IMG/VR virus record: IMGVR_UViG_3300032236_000552
Span: 1 to 64,000 of that record
DNA from: a virus
Length of the DNA stretch: 64,000 nt
Strand: one strand, 5' to 3'
Within the stretch, counting starts at the first letter, position 1. Each line of letters starts with the position of its first letter. Of the stretch, positions 1-9,796 are shown piece after piece. The position numbers were made by a program, and so were the translations under genes. The notes under the pieces were generated by a model. That model saw only the letters and a list, made by a program, of their open reading frames with translations, was not told the DNA's origin and searched no databases.

Positions 1-1
1 A

Positions 2-826
2 ATTGCAATCACAGTTGCAGAACACGGCTACGCAGTAGCAGTTTCTGAGTTGCTCCTTAACGCATCATTCGATGACGTTATGGCATCTGCTTCACGTCTT
101 CTTGGTCGCCACATGGCTCAGTACCTCGACGTACAGGCACGCAACACACTCTCTGCTGCAACCTCTGCAGTCTTCGGATACGACCGCTCAGGCGTGCAAG
201 GTATCAACTCATGGTACGACGAAGGTTCTGCTGCGTCATCTATCCAAGGCCTAACAGGTAACTTCAAGTTGTCTACAGGTGCAATCAAGGATGCTGCTCT
301 TACCCTTGCTGGTAAGAACATCCCTCGCTTGGGTGAGACCTACGTACAATTCGTACACCCTAAGCAGTCTCGTGACCTTCGTTCGAACCCAGAGTTCATC
401 GAAGTAACCAAGTACGCTGCTCCAGGTAACTTCATGCTCGGTGAAATCGGCCGTCTTTACGACGTAGTATTCATTGAGACAACCCAAGTTAAGAAGATTG
501 CTAACAACACAACTGTTAACTACTCTTCTTCAATCGGTGCTCCTTCAGACCAGACTGGTGTTCCAGTTAACGCTAACACAGGCCCAGGCCTCGGCGGTAA
601 CCCAGAAAACCCAGGTCAATCAGCACCTACAGGTACAACCACTGCAGATGTCTACGAATCAATCATGATTGGTGACAACGCATTTGGACACGCTATCTCT
701 CTTCCAGTTGAACTCCGTGACGGTGGCGTTCTCGACTTCGGTCGTGAGCACGCTCTTGCATGGTACGCAATCTGGGGCCTCGGTGTAATCACCGACCAGG
801 CTATCGTCAAGGTTTACACAAACTAA
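2..826 (+). CDS. Major capsid protein, N4-gp56-like (5' truncated by window edge)
   Basis: Frame is open from base 2 (IAITVAEHGYAVAVSELL...). Motifs HPKQSRDLR, GEIGRLYDVVFIET and DFGREHALAWYAIWG are typical of HK97-fold N4-gp56-type capsids. Confidence 0.9.
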   Translation: MAITVAEHGYAVAVSELLLNASFDDVMASASRLLGRHMAQYLDVQARNTLSAATSAVFGYDRSGVQGINSWYDEGSAASSIQGLTGNFKLSTGAIKDAALTLAGKNIPRLGETYVQFVHPKQSRDLRSNPEFIEVTKYAAPGNFMLGEIGRLYDVVFIETTQVKKIANNTTVNYSSSIGAPSDQTGVPVNANTGPGLGGNPENPGQSAPTGTTTADVYESIMIGDNAFGHAISLPVELRDGGVLDFGREHALAWYAIWGLGVITDQAIVKVYTN

Positions 827-834
827 GACAACTC

Positions 835-875
835 GATGACTGTGGGCCATACTCCTTCTTTGGCCCACAGCCATC
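835..875 (+). terminator. Stem-loop after capsid gene (terminator or stabiliser; no long U-tract)
   Basis: Perfect 10-bp stem ctgtgggcca (840-849) / tggcccacag (861-870) with an 11-nt pyrimidine-rich loop. Confidence 0.6.
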
Positions 876-907
876 ACAATTAAAACTAACTTAGGAGAAT
901 AAACACC

Positions 908-1279
908 GTGGCAAACACACCAGTAAGTCCGCTTGACGCAACAGGCCGTGCAGCGGCAGCAGCAACAAAAGCAAACCAGGATGAACTCAAGAAGCGCAAG
1001 GATGAGATTTCCATTGCAGCACAGATTGAGGCAGAGAGTCTAGAGAACGATGTCTTCGACCCAAAGAAGCCAGACGCTCCTCTAGTTCTAGATGAAATCG
1101 AGAGTGTTGGAGTTAGCACTGCTAACGAGCGTGTTGTTATTCGCACGATTACCGACATCGAAGAGATGACCTTTGGAGTAGGAAATCACTACAGTTTCAA
1201 GGCTGGCGTGAAGTACTCCGTATCAAAGGAACTAGCCGATTACCTAGAACAACTCGGATATATTTGGCGACCAAACTAA
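908..1279 (+). CDS. Head-associated hypothetical protein
   Basis: SD aggag with GTG start; lies between the capsid and adaptor genes. Confidence 0.6.
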   Translation: MANTPVSPLDATGRAAAAATKANQDELKKRKDEISIAAQIEAESLENDVFDPKKPDAPLVLDEIESVGVSTANERVVIRTITDIEEMTFGVGNHYSFKAGVKYSVSKELADYLEQLGYIWRPN

Positions 1280-1292
1280 GTCGTCACCAATA

Positions 1293-1346
1293 GTCCGACC
1301 CTCAACTGGTTCCCGCCCTCCTCCCAGTTGGGGGTTGGACCTTTTT
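1293..1346 (+). terminator. Intrinsic terminator
   Basis: 17-bp stem (1293-1309 / 1324-1340, two G-U pairs) followed by ttttt. Confidence 0.8.
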
Positions 1347-1394
1347 ATTAGCAATTATTAAGACATAATTGCATAACAGTATTTCGGAGGTTAC

Positions 1395-2444
1395 GTGGCT
1401 ACTCTCAGCAGTTTGGCAGACCGTTTACGGTTTGAAATTGGCGATATCGGTAAGTCCTTTGCTTGGCAGACTGTTGCTGACGGCATCACCAATCGCTACC
1501 TCGTACCTTACTCACCTATCGATGGTGCAAGCCTAGTTGTCCATGTTGGTGGAACAGACGTTTCCAGCCATGTTGAAGTAGAAGAACTAACTGGCTACCT
1601 AACCTTTGACACAGTACCTGCAGCCAATGCAGTGATTATCGTTTCTGGAACATACTTCCGTTACTTCCTTAACTCTGAGATTTGCAACTTTGTAGATACT
1701 GCTTTTGGGCAACACATTGCCAACCACGCTGATGCGTATGGTCGTGGCTACTCATATACAAGCCTTCCTGGTATCGAAGAGTATCCAGTAGTTGTGTACG
1801 CCTCTACATTGGCGCTTTACACACTTGCTACTGATGCGTCATTTGATATTGACATTACCGCTCCTGATGGAGTGGCTATCCCACGGTCTGAGCGCTATCG
1901 CCAACTCATGCAGATGATTGAAGAGCGCAAGAACCAGTATAAAGAACTTTGCTCAATGCTCGGTATCGGTATGTACAAGATTGACGTGTTCACATTGCGC
2001 CGTACATCTAAGACGACTAACCGTTACGTACCTGTCTATCTTCCTTCAGAAGTGGACGACCGCTCCATGCCACAGCGTGCTCTCCTATCTATGCCAAGTT
2101 ACGGAAGCGCTATCTCTCCTTCAGATGTGCCTTCTTACGACCTTACAATGTACCAAGGAGACTCGTTCGAAGTTGAGTTGGACTTCCCATTCGACATCAG
2201 TGGTTATACCTTCAACTCACAGATTCGTATGCAGCCAGCAGACCCAACTCTTCTTGCTACATTTACTATCACCCCTGTTTCTGGAAACAATCAGAAGTTG
2301 ACCTTGTCACTTACCAGTGACCAAACAACCATGCTTCCTGAGCGTTCGTACTGGGATATCCAAGCAACATCAAGTGACGACCCTAACTACCAAAAGACTT
2401 ACATGCGTGGAACAGTGTTCAACACTCGTGAGGTGACAATGTGA
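1395..2444 (+). CDS. Head-tail adaptor/neck protein with C-terminal BppU-like beta domain
   Basis: N-terminal LADRLRFEIGD and PRSERYRQL adaptor-like motifs; C-terminal MYQGDSFEVEL...YWDIQ pattern; position after the capsid gene. Confidence 0.65.
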   Translation: MATLSSLADRLRFEIGDIGKSFAWQTVADGITNRYLVPYSPIDGASLVVHVGGTDVSSHVEVEELTGYLTFDTVPAANAVIIVSGTYFRYFLNSEICNFVDTAFGQHIANHADAYGRGYSYTSLPGIEEYPVVVYASTLALYTLATDASFDIDITAPDGVAIPRSERYRQLMQMIEERKNQYKELCSMLGIGMYKIDVFTLRRTSKTTNRYVPVYLPSEVDDRSMPQRALLSMPSYGSAISPSDVPSYDLTMYQGDSFEVELDFPFDISGYTFNSQIRMQPADPTLLATFTITPVSGNNQKLTLSLTSDQTTMLPERSYWDIQATSSDDPNYQKTYMRGTVFNTREVTM

Positions 2445-2857
2445 CAACCTGTAGTTGCGAGAATAACTGCACCTGCGGAACTCAGAGCATCACAGTCCAG
2501 GCTAAAAACCCTATTGTTATCCAGGTAGTTCCTCCTACCGCCGCACAATCCACGCAGTCAACAGTGGTTGTAGGCCCTGGTCAGGGAGGCGCTCGTGGTC
2601 CTCAAGGCCTACAGGGTGTACAAGGACCTCAAGGTGTACAGGGAACTTCTGGATTAACACTAACCATTGCATACAGGCATGTGCAGGGTTCTCCATCTGC
2701 TATATGGAGTGTCCCGCATAACCTTAATTTCTTTCCAAACGTCACTACACTTGACTCATCTGGTGCAATATGTGAGGGCGAAATCTACCACCGAGACCCG
2801 AACTACTTGGAAATAACTTTTTCAGCATCGTTTAGCGGCGTTGCGTTCTTGTCATAA
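2441..2857 (+). CDS. Small fibre protein with short collagen segment
   Basis: GARGPQGLQGVQGPQGVQG collagen stretch; C-terminal WSVPHNLNFFPNV motif seen in fibre accessory proteins; Cys-rich N-terminus. Confidence 0.6.
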   Translation: MTTCSCENNCTCGTQSITVQAKNPIVIQVVPPTAAQSTQSTVVVGPGQGGARGPQGLQGVQGPQGVQGTSGLTLTIAYRHVQGSPSAIWSVPHNLNFFPNVTTLDSSGAICEGEIYHRDPNYLEITFSASFSGVAFLS

Positions 2858-2863
2858 GGAGAC

Positions 2864-4993
2864 ATGATGGCCCGTAAGTTTTATACACCAATCAGTTTAA
2901 CTGGTCTTGAATTAACCAATTTTAAGATTCAGAATCTTCCAGATAACCCAGCCCCTTACGGTGCAGGTCACTCTTACTACAACACCACAGCAAAAGAACT
3001 CCGCATCTATGATGGCAATAACTGGGTGCCAGTTGGTGGCTCTGTTGAGTACGGCACCTATTCCGCTCTTCCTACTCCAGGAAACAACGGACGTGTCTAT
3101 GCTACAACTGACACACAAACTCTTTACTTAGACTACAACGGTGCTTGGTTACAAGTCGGAGCATCAGGAACTGCTTCCTACGTAAACTCTGTAAACGGTA
3201 CCTCTAACCAAATATCCGTTAACCAAACAACTGGTGATGTAACCGTAAGTCTTCCATCATACATTGATGTTACTAATGGTGAATTCCACCTTGCTAAAAA
3301 CGAATACTGGCGTGATGGAACTCAATTCGGTGTTGTGGTTGCTAACCAATACAGCGGTCACTTTAACGTTGTTGCCGTTGACCGTGCTCTTGAACTTGAG
3401 ACACAAATAAGTGGAGACATTATCCTTAACCCAGCATCTGGTGTTATTGATGGTTACGGTAATGAACTTCACATTGGTAAAACAGAGTACTGGCTTAATG
3501 GCGATATCTCTGGTTCACGCTTAGGCGTTATTGTTGCTCATCCTTCAGACGGCAGTTTGACGATTGCAGCAAGCAATCAACTTAATATTGAAGCACACAG
3601 TGGAGAGATTAACCTTGCTCCATCTAACGGTGTCATCAACGGTAATAACAACGAGATGCACCTTCGCAAGACTGAGTACTGGTATGGCGGAGATAATGGT
3701 GGTACTCAAGAAGGTATTGTTGCTGCAATCTCTGATGGAACATTCCATGTAACTGCAACAAACGGTAATCTTGTTCTTGAGTCTAACAACAATTGGTTAA
3801 CACTTTACGGCGATAGTGGAGTTAAATCTCTATCTAACTTCTACTCTGATAATGGCTACAGCATTACTTCTGGAAATAATCTTTATGTAAAGAACGGCAT
3901 TTACGCTGGTGGTACCGATACTGGAACAGATGGATACGTTTACGTTCAAGACGCTTCTGGCAATAACCTTGTAACACTTGGCGGTGGTTCTGGTTCTGGC
4001 CTCATTGAAACCCACGGCGCTGTAAACCTATATCGTGCATACGGTGACGGCGGAAATCTATACGGACAGTTCTTTAGCGATGGCGACAATAATTTCCTCA
4101 TAAACGCTAACTACAATAACCTTATTCTTCAAGCCGATTCTAGTAAGGCTTACATCGGTTCTGTTACAGATGGTAACCGAATTGCAACGATGTCAGACGT
4201 CAATGCTGCTGCACAAGGTCTCTATGTCCTTGGTTCAGTCCGCACTGCAACAGACTCAAACATTGACATTACTGCCAATGCTTCTGCCCCAATCAGTGGC
4301 GTTACGCTTGTAAACGGTGACCGTGTTCTCGTTAAGTCACAGTCAACTGCGACTGAAAACGGAATTTACATTTACAACTCTGGGTCTCAGACACTTGTTC
4401 CATCTACAAATCCTGTAGATTCAGATATCAAGGAAGGTTCCTACGCTCTCGTAGAAGAAGGAACCTACGCTGCACAGGGTTGGATTGTTACAGCGTTCTC
4501 TGCTGGAGCGTCAACCTGGACACAGTTCTCAGCCGCTGGTGAGTACACCGCAGGTTATGGAATTGACATCTCTGGTGGCTCTATCTCAGTAAAACTTGAC
4601 TCAGATAGCCTTTCAGAATCGGGTTCTGGCCTAAAGGTTAACTACCACACAGACGGCGGTTTGGATAACGATAGCGGTCTATATGTAAAGACTGCTAATG
4701 GCGTAAAGATTGATAGCAGCGGAAACGTCACAATTGATACCTCTGTTGTAGCACGCCGTTACGCTTCTACCATCACACCAGTCGCTCCATTTACCGCCTT
4801 TGATTTCCCAATCAATCACGCACTAGGAACCGACGTAATTGTTCAGGTATGGGATACCTACTCAAACGGTGGAGCAAATCAACTTGTAGATGTTGATTAC
4901 TACAACATCCCTGATAACGGCGGAACAACTGTTGTTGAGTTTGCTGTACCTCCAACTGACGGTCAGGTATATCGTGTAGTGGTGGTTGGCTAA
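2864..4993 (+). CDS. Fibre protein (head/neck or tail fibre) with internal repeats
   Basis: Gly/Asn/Ser-rich beta composition; three H[LI]xK[NT]EYW repeats; GDRVLVKSQ...ENGIY domain; C-terminal HALGT motif. Confidence 0.75.
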   Translation: MMARKFYTPISLTGLELTNFKIQNLPDNPAPYGAGHSYYNTTAKELRIYDGNNWVPVGGSVEYGTYSALPTPGNNGRVYATTDTQTLYLDYNGAWLQVGASGTASYVNSVNGTSNQISVNQTTGDVTVSLPSYIDVTNGEFHLAKNEYWRDGTQFGVVVANQYSGHFNVVAVDRALELETQISGDIILNPASGVIDGYGNELHIGKTEYWLNGDISGSRLGVIVAHPSDGSLTIAASNQLNIEAHSGEINLAPSNGVINGNNNEMHLRKTEYWYGGDNGGTQEGIVAAISDGTFHVTATNGNLVLESNNNWLTLYGDSGVKSLSNFYSDNGYSITSGNNLYVKNGIYAGGTDTGTDGYVYVQDASGNNLVTLGGGSGSGLIETHGAVNLYRAYGDGGNLYGQFFSDGDNNFLINANYNNLILQADSSKAYIGSVTDGNRIATMSDVNAAAQGLYVLGSVRTATDSNIDITANASAPISGVTLVNGDRVLVKSQSTATENGIYIYNSGSQTLVPSTNPVDSDIKEGSYALVEEGTYAAQGWIVTAFSAGASTWTQFSAAGEYTAGYGIDISGGSISVKLDSDSLSESGSGLKVNYHTDGGLDNDSGLYVKTANGVKIDSSGNVTIDTSVVARRYASTITPVAPFTAFDFPINHALGTDVIVQVWDTYSNGGANQLVDVDYYNIPDNGGTTVVEFAVPPTDGQVYRVVVVG

Positions 4994-5012
4994 CAACTAG
5001 TAAAGGGCGTAC

Positions 5013-8000
5013 ATGAGCCGTAGGTTTTTAACACCGCTTAACGTACTGCATTTGGCCTCTGCGCCAAGCAGTCCGTCTATTGGCGATGTCTACTTTAATA
5101 CTACGGATAAACTCCTTTACACTTGGGATGGAACTCACTGGGTTGGCTCTGGATTACAAGGCGCCCAAGGAACCACAGGCTCAACAGGACCACAGGGAAC
5201 TACGGGTTCCCAAGGATTAACAGGAAGCCAAGGCGCTACAGGTTCGCAGGGTTCTGTAGGAACTCAGGGAACCACTGGCGCTACTGGCTCACAGGGAACT
5301 ACTGGCTCTACTGGTTCTCAAGGTCTACAGGGCTTTACTGGACCGCAAGGTAACGATGGTGCACAAGGTACAACTGGTATCCAAGGTGCTGTTGGACAAA
5401 CTGGTTCTCAAGGAACTACGGGTAGCCAAGGTGCTACAGGCTCTCAGGGCGCAACAGGAACCCAAGGTACTACTGGAGCAACTGGTTCCCAAGGTACTAC
5501 AGGAGCGCAAGGTTTTACTGGTTCCCAAGGTTTAACTGGAGACGTTGGCCCAACTGGTAGCCAAGGTGCCACAGGTACACAAGGCGCTACAGGAACAACT
5601 GGTGCACAAGGAACTACGGGAACAACTGGTGCACAAGGCGCACAGGGAACTCAAGGCTACACAGGTTCTATAGGTGCTCAAGGTGCAGTTGGTTCAACAG
5701 GAACTCAAGGAACTACTGGCACACAAGGAGCAGTAGGCTCTACTGGAGCGCAAGGAACTACAGGTACTCAAGGTTCAATTGGTACACAAGGAACTACAGG
5801 TACTCAAGGCGCAATCGGTTCACAAGGCACTCAAGGAACCCAGGGTACTCAGGGAACGCAGGGTACCCAAGGTATTCAAGGTATTCAGGGTCCTGCAAAC
5901 TTAAACAACTCTCACCTTTCAGTTTCTTTAGCAACTGCAGCAGTTCTTCCAAACTCACCTACTTACACCGCAGGAACTACTGACTCTGCTGGTGGCACTG
6001 GTATTGGCGCTTATTTACAGGCAACAACTTTTGGCGCACTTGTAGTTGACGGTGTAACAGTCACTTCAGTTGGTCAACGTATTTTGGTTAAAGACCAAGT
6101 AACAACAACCAATAATGGACTTTATGTAGTAACTACTATTGGTAATAGTTCTACTTACTGGAAACTTACTCGTGCGTCTGACTACGACGATAGCAGCACA
6201 GGAGAAGTTCAATACGGTGACTTTGTTCTTGTAGTTTCAGGAAACACACACTCAGGACAGTCTTGGATTCAATACGCCACTGGTTCACTTTCTGGTGGGG
6301 CAATCAAAATTGGCACAGATGCAATCCTTTGGACACAGACTACTGGTACAGGTGCTCAAGGTGCTCAGGGAACAACTGGTGCTGGTGGAACTATTGCTTA
6401 TTGGGGTTCTTTCTGGAATACAACAAACGACGTTATCTCCAGTTCAACAACAGCGTACCCATTACCACTTAACTCTTCGGACCCTAATAACTTTGGAGTT
6501 TCTGTACTAAACAGTAGCCAAGTTAAGTTCTCTTATGCTGGCGTTTATAACATTCAGTTCTCTGCACAATTACAAAACATAGATACTCAAATCCATGATG
6601 CAAGTTTTTGGATAAGATTAAATGGAGTAGATGTTGCAGATACTCGTGGTCAAATTGCCGTAACATCCTCTCACGGAAATGTTAACGGCTACACCCTTGC
6701 TGCGTGGAACTACGTACTTAAATTAGCCGCTAATGATTATGTAGAACTAGTATGGCAGTCAGAAAGCACACAAGTCTCATTAGCAACACTAAGTGCTGGA
6801 ACAACTCCTACTTCTCCAGAATCTCCTTCTCTTATCCTTACAGCAACACAAGTTGCGTACGCTATTCAAGGAACTCAAGGTCTTCAAGGTGCAACAGGAA
6901 CTCAAGGTGCAACTGGAGCGCAAGGAACTGCAGGTTCTAATGGGTCCAATGGTACTCAGGGAACCACGGGTGCTCAAGGCGCAATCGGCGCTACTGGTTC
7001 ACAAGGAACCACAGGTACAACAGGAGCGCAGGGCTTTACTGGAACACAGGGTGCTGTTGGTTCTACTGGAACACAGGGTACAACAGGTACTACTGGTGCT
7101 CAGGGAACGCAGGGTACGCAAGGTATTCAAGGTCTTAACGGTGGAATGCTCACCGCTGCTAACTACACGGCAAATGGACGCTTGGCTAATGACCAAACTG
7201 TTACTGCTAATGCGGATGCTCTTATTAACTTTGTTGATGACTTTGACCCACAGAACTGGTGGGACCCAACTGCACACCAATTTAAGCCAACTATTGCTGG
7301 TTACTACCTCATTAACTTTGATGCGTGGTGGGCTTCAGGTTCATTGAGCACTGCTCAGACAAATACTCAGGTTAGAAAAAATGGCGGAACAATAGCCATT
7401 TACCAAACACCTGTTCAAACAAGTAATGGGTACACCCAAGGTGGCTCTAAGGTTATTTACCTTAACGGCTCTACTGACTACTTAGATTTCACTGCATATA
7501 CAAGTAACACAACTTCTCAAGTTCTTCAGTATGGCGGTGGCACAAGCGGTCAGGGAACTTACTTCTCAGCAACCCTTATTACTAGCGGAACTGTTCAAGG
7601 AACTACTGGAGCCACTGGTGCTCAGGGAGCCACTGGTGCTACAGGTTCAGCAGGAGCCACTGGAGCGCAGGGTGCACAAGGTTTCCAAGGATTTACAGGC
7701 TCTACTGGTGCTCAAGGAGCGACAGGTACCACAGGTTTAACTGGTGCTCAGGGAGCCACTGGTGCCCAAGGAGCAACGGGAGCACAGGGATTTACAGGTG
7801 CGACAGGTTCTCAAGGTGCCACAGGAACACAGGGACTTACTGGCTCTCAAGGTGTCCAAGGCTCGATTGGTGCTACTGGTTCGCAAGGCGCACAAGGTAC
7901 GCAGGGCATACAAAGCCCACAAGGTGTGCAGGGCGCTACAGGACCACAAGGTGTCCAAGGACCTGCAGGAACTAGCCCTTCAATTACCGCAGTAGATGGT

Positions 8001-8084
8001 GGTACGTTTGATAGTATTGCACCATACAACGGCGGTTACCCCGATACAGTTGCTACCAACATACTAGAAGGTGGAACACCGTGA
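5013..8084 (+). CDS. Collagen-like fibre protein with interspersed C1q/BclA-like globular domains
   Basis: Long (G-x-Q/G-x-T)n tracts at ~5151-5893, ~6870-7137 and ~7598-7972; globular segments contain GVYNIQFSAQL and AGYYLINF. Confidence 0.85.
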   Translation: MSRRFLTPLNVLHLASAPSSPSIGDVYFNTTDKLLYTWDGTHWVGSGLQGAQGTTGSTGPQGTTGSQGLTGSQGATGSQGSVGTQGTTGATGSQGTTGSTGSQGLQGFTGPQGNDGAQGTTGIQGAVGQTGSQGTTGSQGATGSQGATGTQGTTGATGSQGTTGAQGFTGSQGLTGDVGPTGSQGATGTQGATGTTGAQGTTGTTGAQGAQGTQGYTGSIGAQGAVGSTGTQGTTGTQGAVGSTGAQGTTGTQGSIGTQGTTGTQGAIGSQGTQGTQGTQGTQGTQGIQGIQGPANLNNSHLSVSLATAAVLPNSPTYTAGTTDSAGGTGIGAYLQATTFGALVVDGVTVTSVGQRILVKDQVTTTNNGLYVVTTIGNSSTYWKLTRASDYDDSSTGEVQYGDFVLVVSGNTHSGQSWIQYATGSLSGGAIKIGTDAILWTQTTGTGAQGAQGTTGAGGTIAYWGSFWNTTNDVISSSTTAYPLPLNSSDPNNFGVSVLNSSQVKFSYAGVYNIQFSAQLQNIDTQIHDASFWIRLNGVDVADTRGQIAVTSSHGNVNGYTLAAWNYVLKLAANDYVELVWQSESTQVSLATLSAGTTPTSPESPSLILTATQVAYAIQGTQGLQGATGTQGATGAQGTAGSNGSNGTQGTTGAQGAIGATGSQGTTGTTGAQGFTGTQGAVGSTGTQGTTGTTGAQGTQGTQGIQGLNGGMLTAANYTANGRLANDQTVTANADALINFVDDFDPQNWWDPTAHQFKPTIAGYYLINFDAWWASGSLSTAQTNTQVRKNGGTIAIYQTPVQTSNGYTQGGSKVIYLNGSTDYLDFTAYTSNTTSQVLQYGGGTSGQGTYFSATLITSGTVQGTTGATGAQGATGATGSAGATGAQGAQGFQGFTGSTGAQGATGTTGLTGAQGATGAQGATGAQGFTGATGSQGATGTQGLTGSQGVQGSIGATGSQGAQGTQGIQSPQGVQGATGPQGVQGPAGTSPSITAVDGGTFDSIAPYNGGYPDTVATNILEGGTP

Positions 8085-8101
8085 TTAAGGAGAATATCTA
8101 A

Positions 8102-8776
8102 ATGGCAGTCCAAACACAGATTCAATTCCGACGTGGAACAGCGTCGTCATGGACTTCTACCAACCCTACACTTGCCGCTGGTGAGTTGGGTTACGAGACT
8201 GACACAGGTCTCTTCAAGATTGGTAACGGCTCTACTGCTTGGACTTCTTTAGGATACGCAGCAAGCGGCGCAAGTTACACAGCAGTTGCTACCATCAACG
8301 GTACAACTACACTTACTGTTTCTAGCACAACCACATGGAACTTTACTGGAACATCAACACAGACCGTTCTTCTTCCAGCAGTAAGCACCCTTCCACTTGG
8401 TTGGTCATACCAGATTCTTAACAACTCTACAGGTAACGTTACTGTCCAATCTTCTGGCGCAAATAACGTTCTTGTTCTTGTTTCTGGAACCAGCGCATTG
8501 TTTACCTCTGTTGCTACAACAGGCACAGGCGCAAGTGTATGGGATTACCAATACTCAGGATTTGACGCCATTACAGGTACAGGCTCAGTTGTCCTTGCAA
8601 CTAGCCCAAGCATCTCTGCGCCAACAATCACTAACGGTGTGTTGTCAGGAACTCTTACTGCTAACTCATCTGCTGGTACAAGCGGTCAAGTATTGTCCTC
8701 AACAGGTACAGGCGTACAGTGGGTTGCAGCAGGTACAGGAGCAGCCTTCAGCGAATTCCTCTTGATTGGCGCATAA
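8102..8776 (+). CDS. Fibre protein with Mtd (major tropism determinant) N-terminal domain
   Basis: QIQFRRGTASSWTSTNPTLAAGELGYETDTGLFKIGNG matches the Mtd_N pattern. Confidence 0.85.
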   Translation: MAVQTQIQFRRGTASSWTSTNPTLAAGELGYETDTGLFKIGNGSTAWTSLGYAASGASYTAVATINGTTTLTVSSTTTWNFTGTSTQTVLLPAVSTLPLGWSYQILNNSTGNVTVQSSGANNVLVLVSGTSALFTSVATTGTGASVWDYQYSGFDAITGTGSVVLATSPSISAPTITNGVLSGTLTANSSAGTSGQVLSSTGTGVQWVAAGTGAAFSEFLLIGA

Positions 8777-8781
8777 TACGC

Positions 8782-8787
8782 TAGACT
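8782..8787 (+). promoter_or_regulatory. Putative -10 box of a leaderless promoter
   Basis: TAGACT 7 nt before ATG 8795, with no SD. Confidence 0.55.
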
Positions 8788-8794
8788 AACCCGC

Positions 8795-9796
8795 ATGAAT
8801 CTGGTCCAACAATCGGTACAGCAAGGCGGTAAGTTAGCGCCACTCATCATTCCATCAGAAGTAACTGGTGGTACAGGATTACTCAACCCATCCATCTTTA
8901 TAGATGATGATGGTGATATTCTCTGCATCCTCAGACATATCAACTACACCCTTTACCATTCTGAAAATGACCAACGCTTCCCCAGTATTTGGGGACCACT
9001 CTCATACCTACACCCAGAAGAAGACCAGCATCTTCGTACCACTAATTACCTTTGTAGATTAGACAAAGACTACAACATCATTAACTACTGCTTAATTGAG
9101 ATGCTAAACCTACATGAGCCTATTTGGGACTTTGTAGGGTTGGAAGATGCTCGTCTAGTTAAATGGAACGGTAAATATTACGGCACTGGTGTGCGTAGAG
9201 ATACAACCACTAACGGTCAAGGCCGCATGGAGTTGTCAGAGTTAGAGATTGATAAAGAAGCCTGGACTGCTAAAGAAATATCACGTGTACGAATCCCTGA
9301 ACCAGGTGCTGACCTTGGGTACTGCTCCAAGAACTGGATGCCCGTTCTAGATAAGCCCTACTTCTACATTAAATGGACATCACCTACTGAGGTTGTTAAG
9401 GCTGCACCAGGCGTTCCAACCTGCGAACAAGTTGCTGTAGTAGAGGGAATCACACCTCCAACTGAACAGCGTGGTGGGTCACAACTCATACGCTGGGGCG
9501 ATATGTACGTAGCCTTTACGCATGAGGTTGTTCTTACTAAAAACTATATGGGACAGAAAGACGGCGTCTATCGTCACCGCATGTGTGTATGGAACAAGTA
9601 CTTCAAACTTATCGGAATCTCACCACAAGAGTGGTCATTCCTAGATGCCAAGATTGAGTTTGTTTGTGGAGCCGCTGTCTACAATGACAACCTGCTACTT
9701 TCTTTTGGGTTCCAAGACAATGCGGCATTTATCTTAGAACTACCCAAGCACGTCGTAGACAACATGGTTTCGGAGGCATTGTTCGGTGGAAATTAA
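8795..9796 (+). CDS. Five-bladed beta-propeller glycosidase/phosphorylase-like protein (GH130/GH43-like)
   Basis: NPSI, GLEDARL, KNWMP, RGGSQL and IEFVCG blade motifs. Confidence 0.65.
   Translation: MNLVQQSVQQGGKLAPLIIPSEVTGGTGLLNPSIFIDDDGDILCILRHINYTLYHSENDQRFPSIWGPLSYLHPEEDQHLRTTNYLCRLDKDYNIINYCLIEMLNLHEPIWDFVGLEDARLVKWNGKYYGTGVRRDTTTNGQGRMELSELEIDKEAWTAKEISRVRIPEPGADLGYCSKNWMPVLDKPYFYIKWTSPTEVVKAAPGVPTCEQVAVVEGITPPTEQRGGSQLIRWGDMYVAFTHEVVLTKNYMGQKDGVYRHRMCVWNKYFKLIGISPQEWSFLDAKIEFVCGAAVYNDNLLLSFGFQDNAAFILELPKHVVDNMVSEALFGGN

Noticed and set aside
5151-7972. Highly periodic DNA resembling a tandem repeat or CRISPR array
   Set aside because: The 9/18-nt periodicity with variable third positions is explained by collagen G-X-Y coding; there are no identical repeats with unique spacers.
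8102-8776. Diversity-generating retroelement suggested by the Mtd N-terminal domain
   Set aside because: No reverse transcriptase, no C-type lectin variable region, and no template/variable repeat pair seen in the window.
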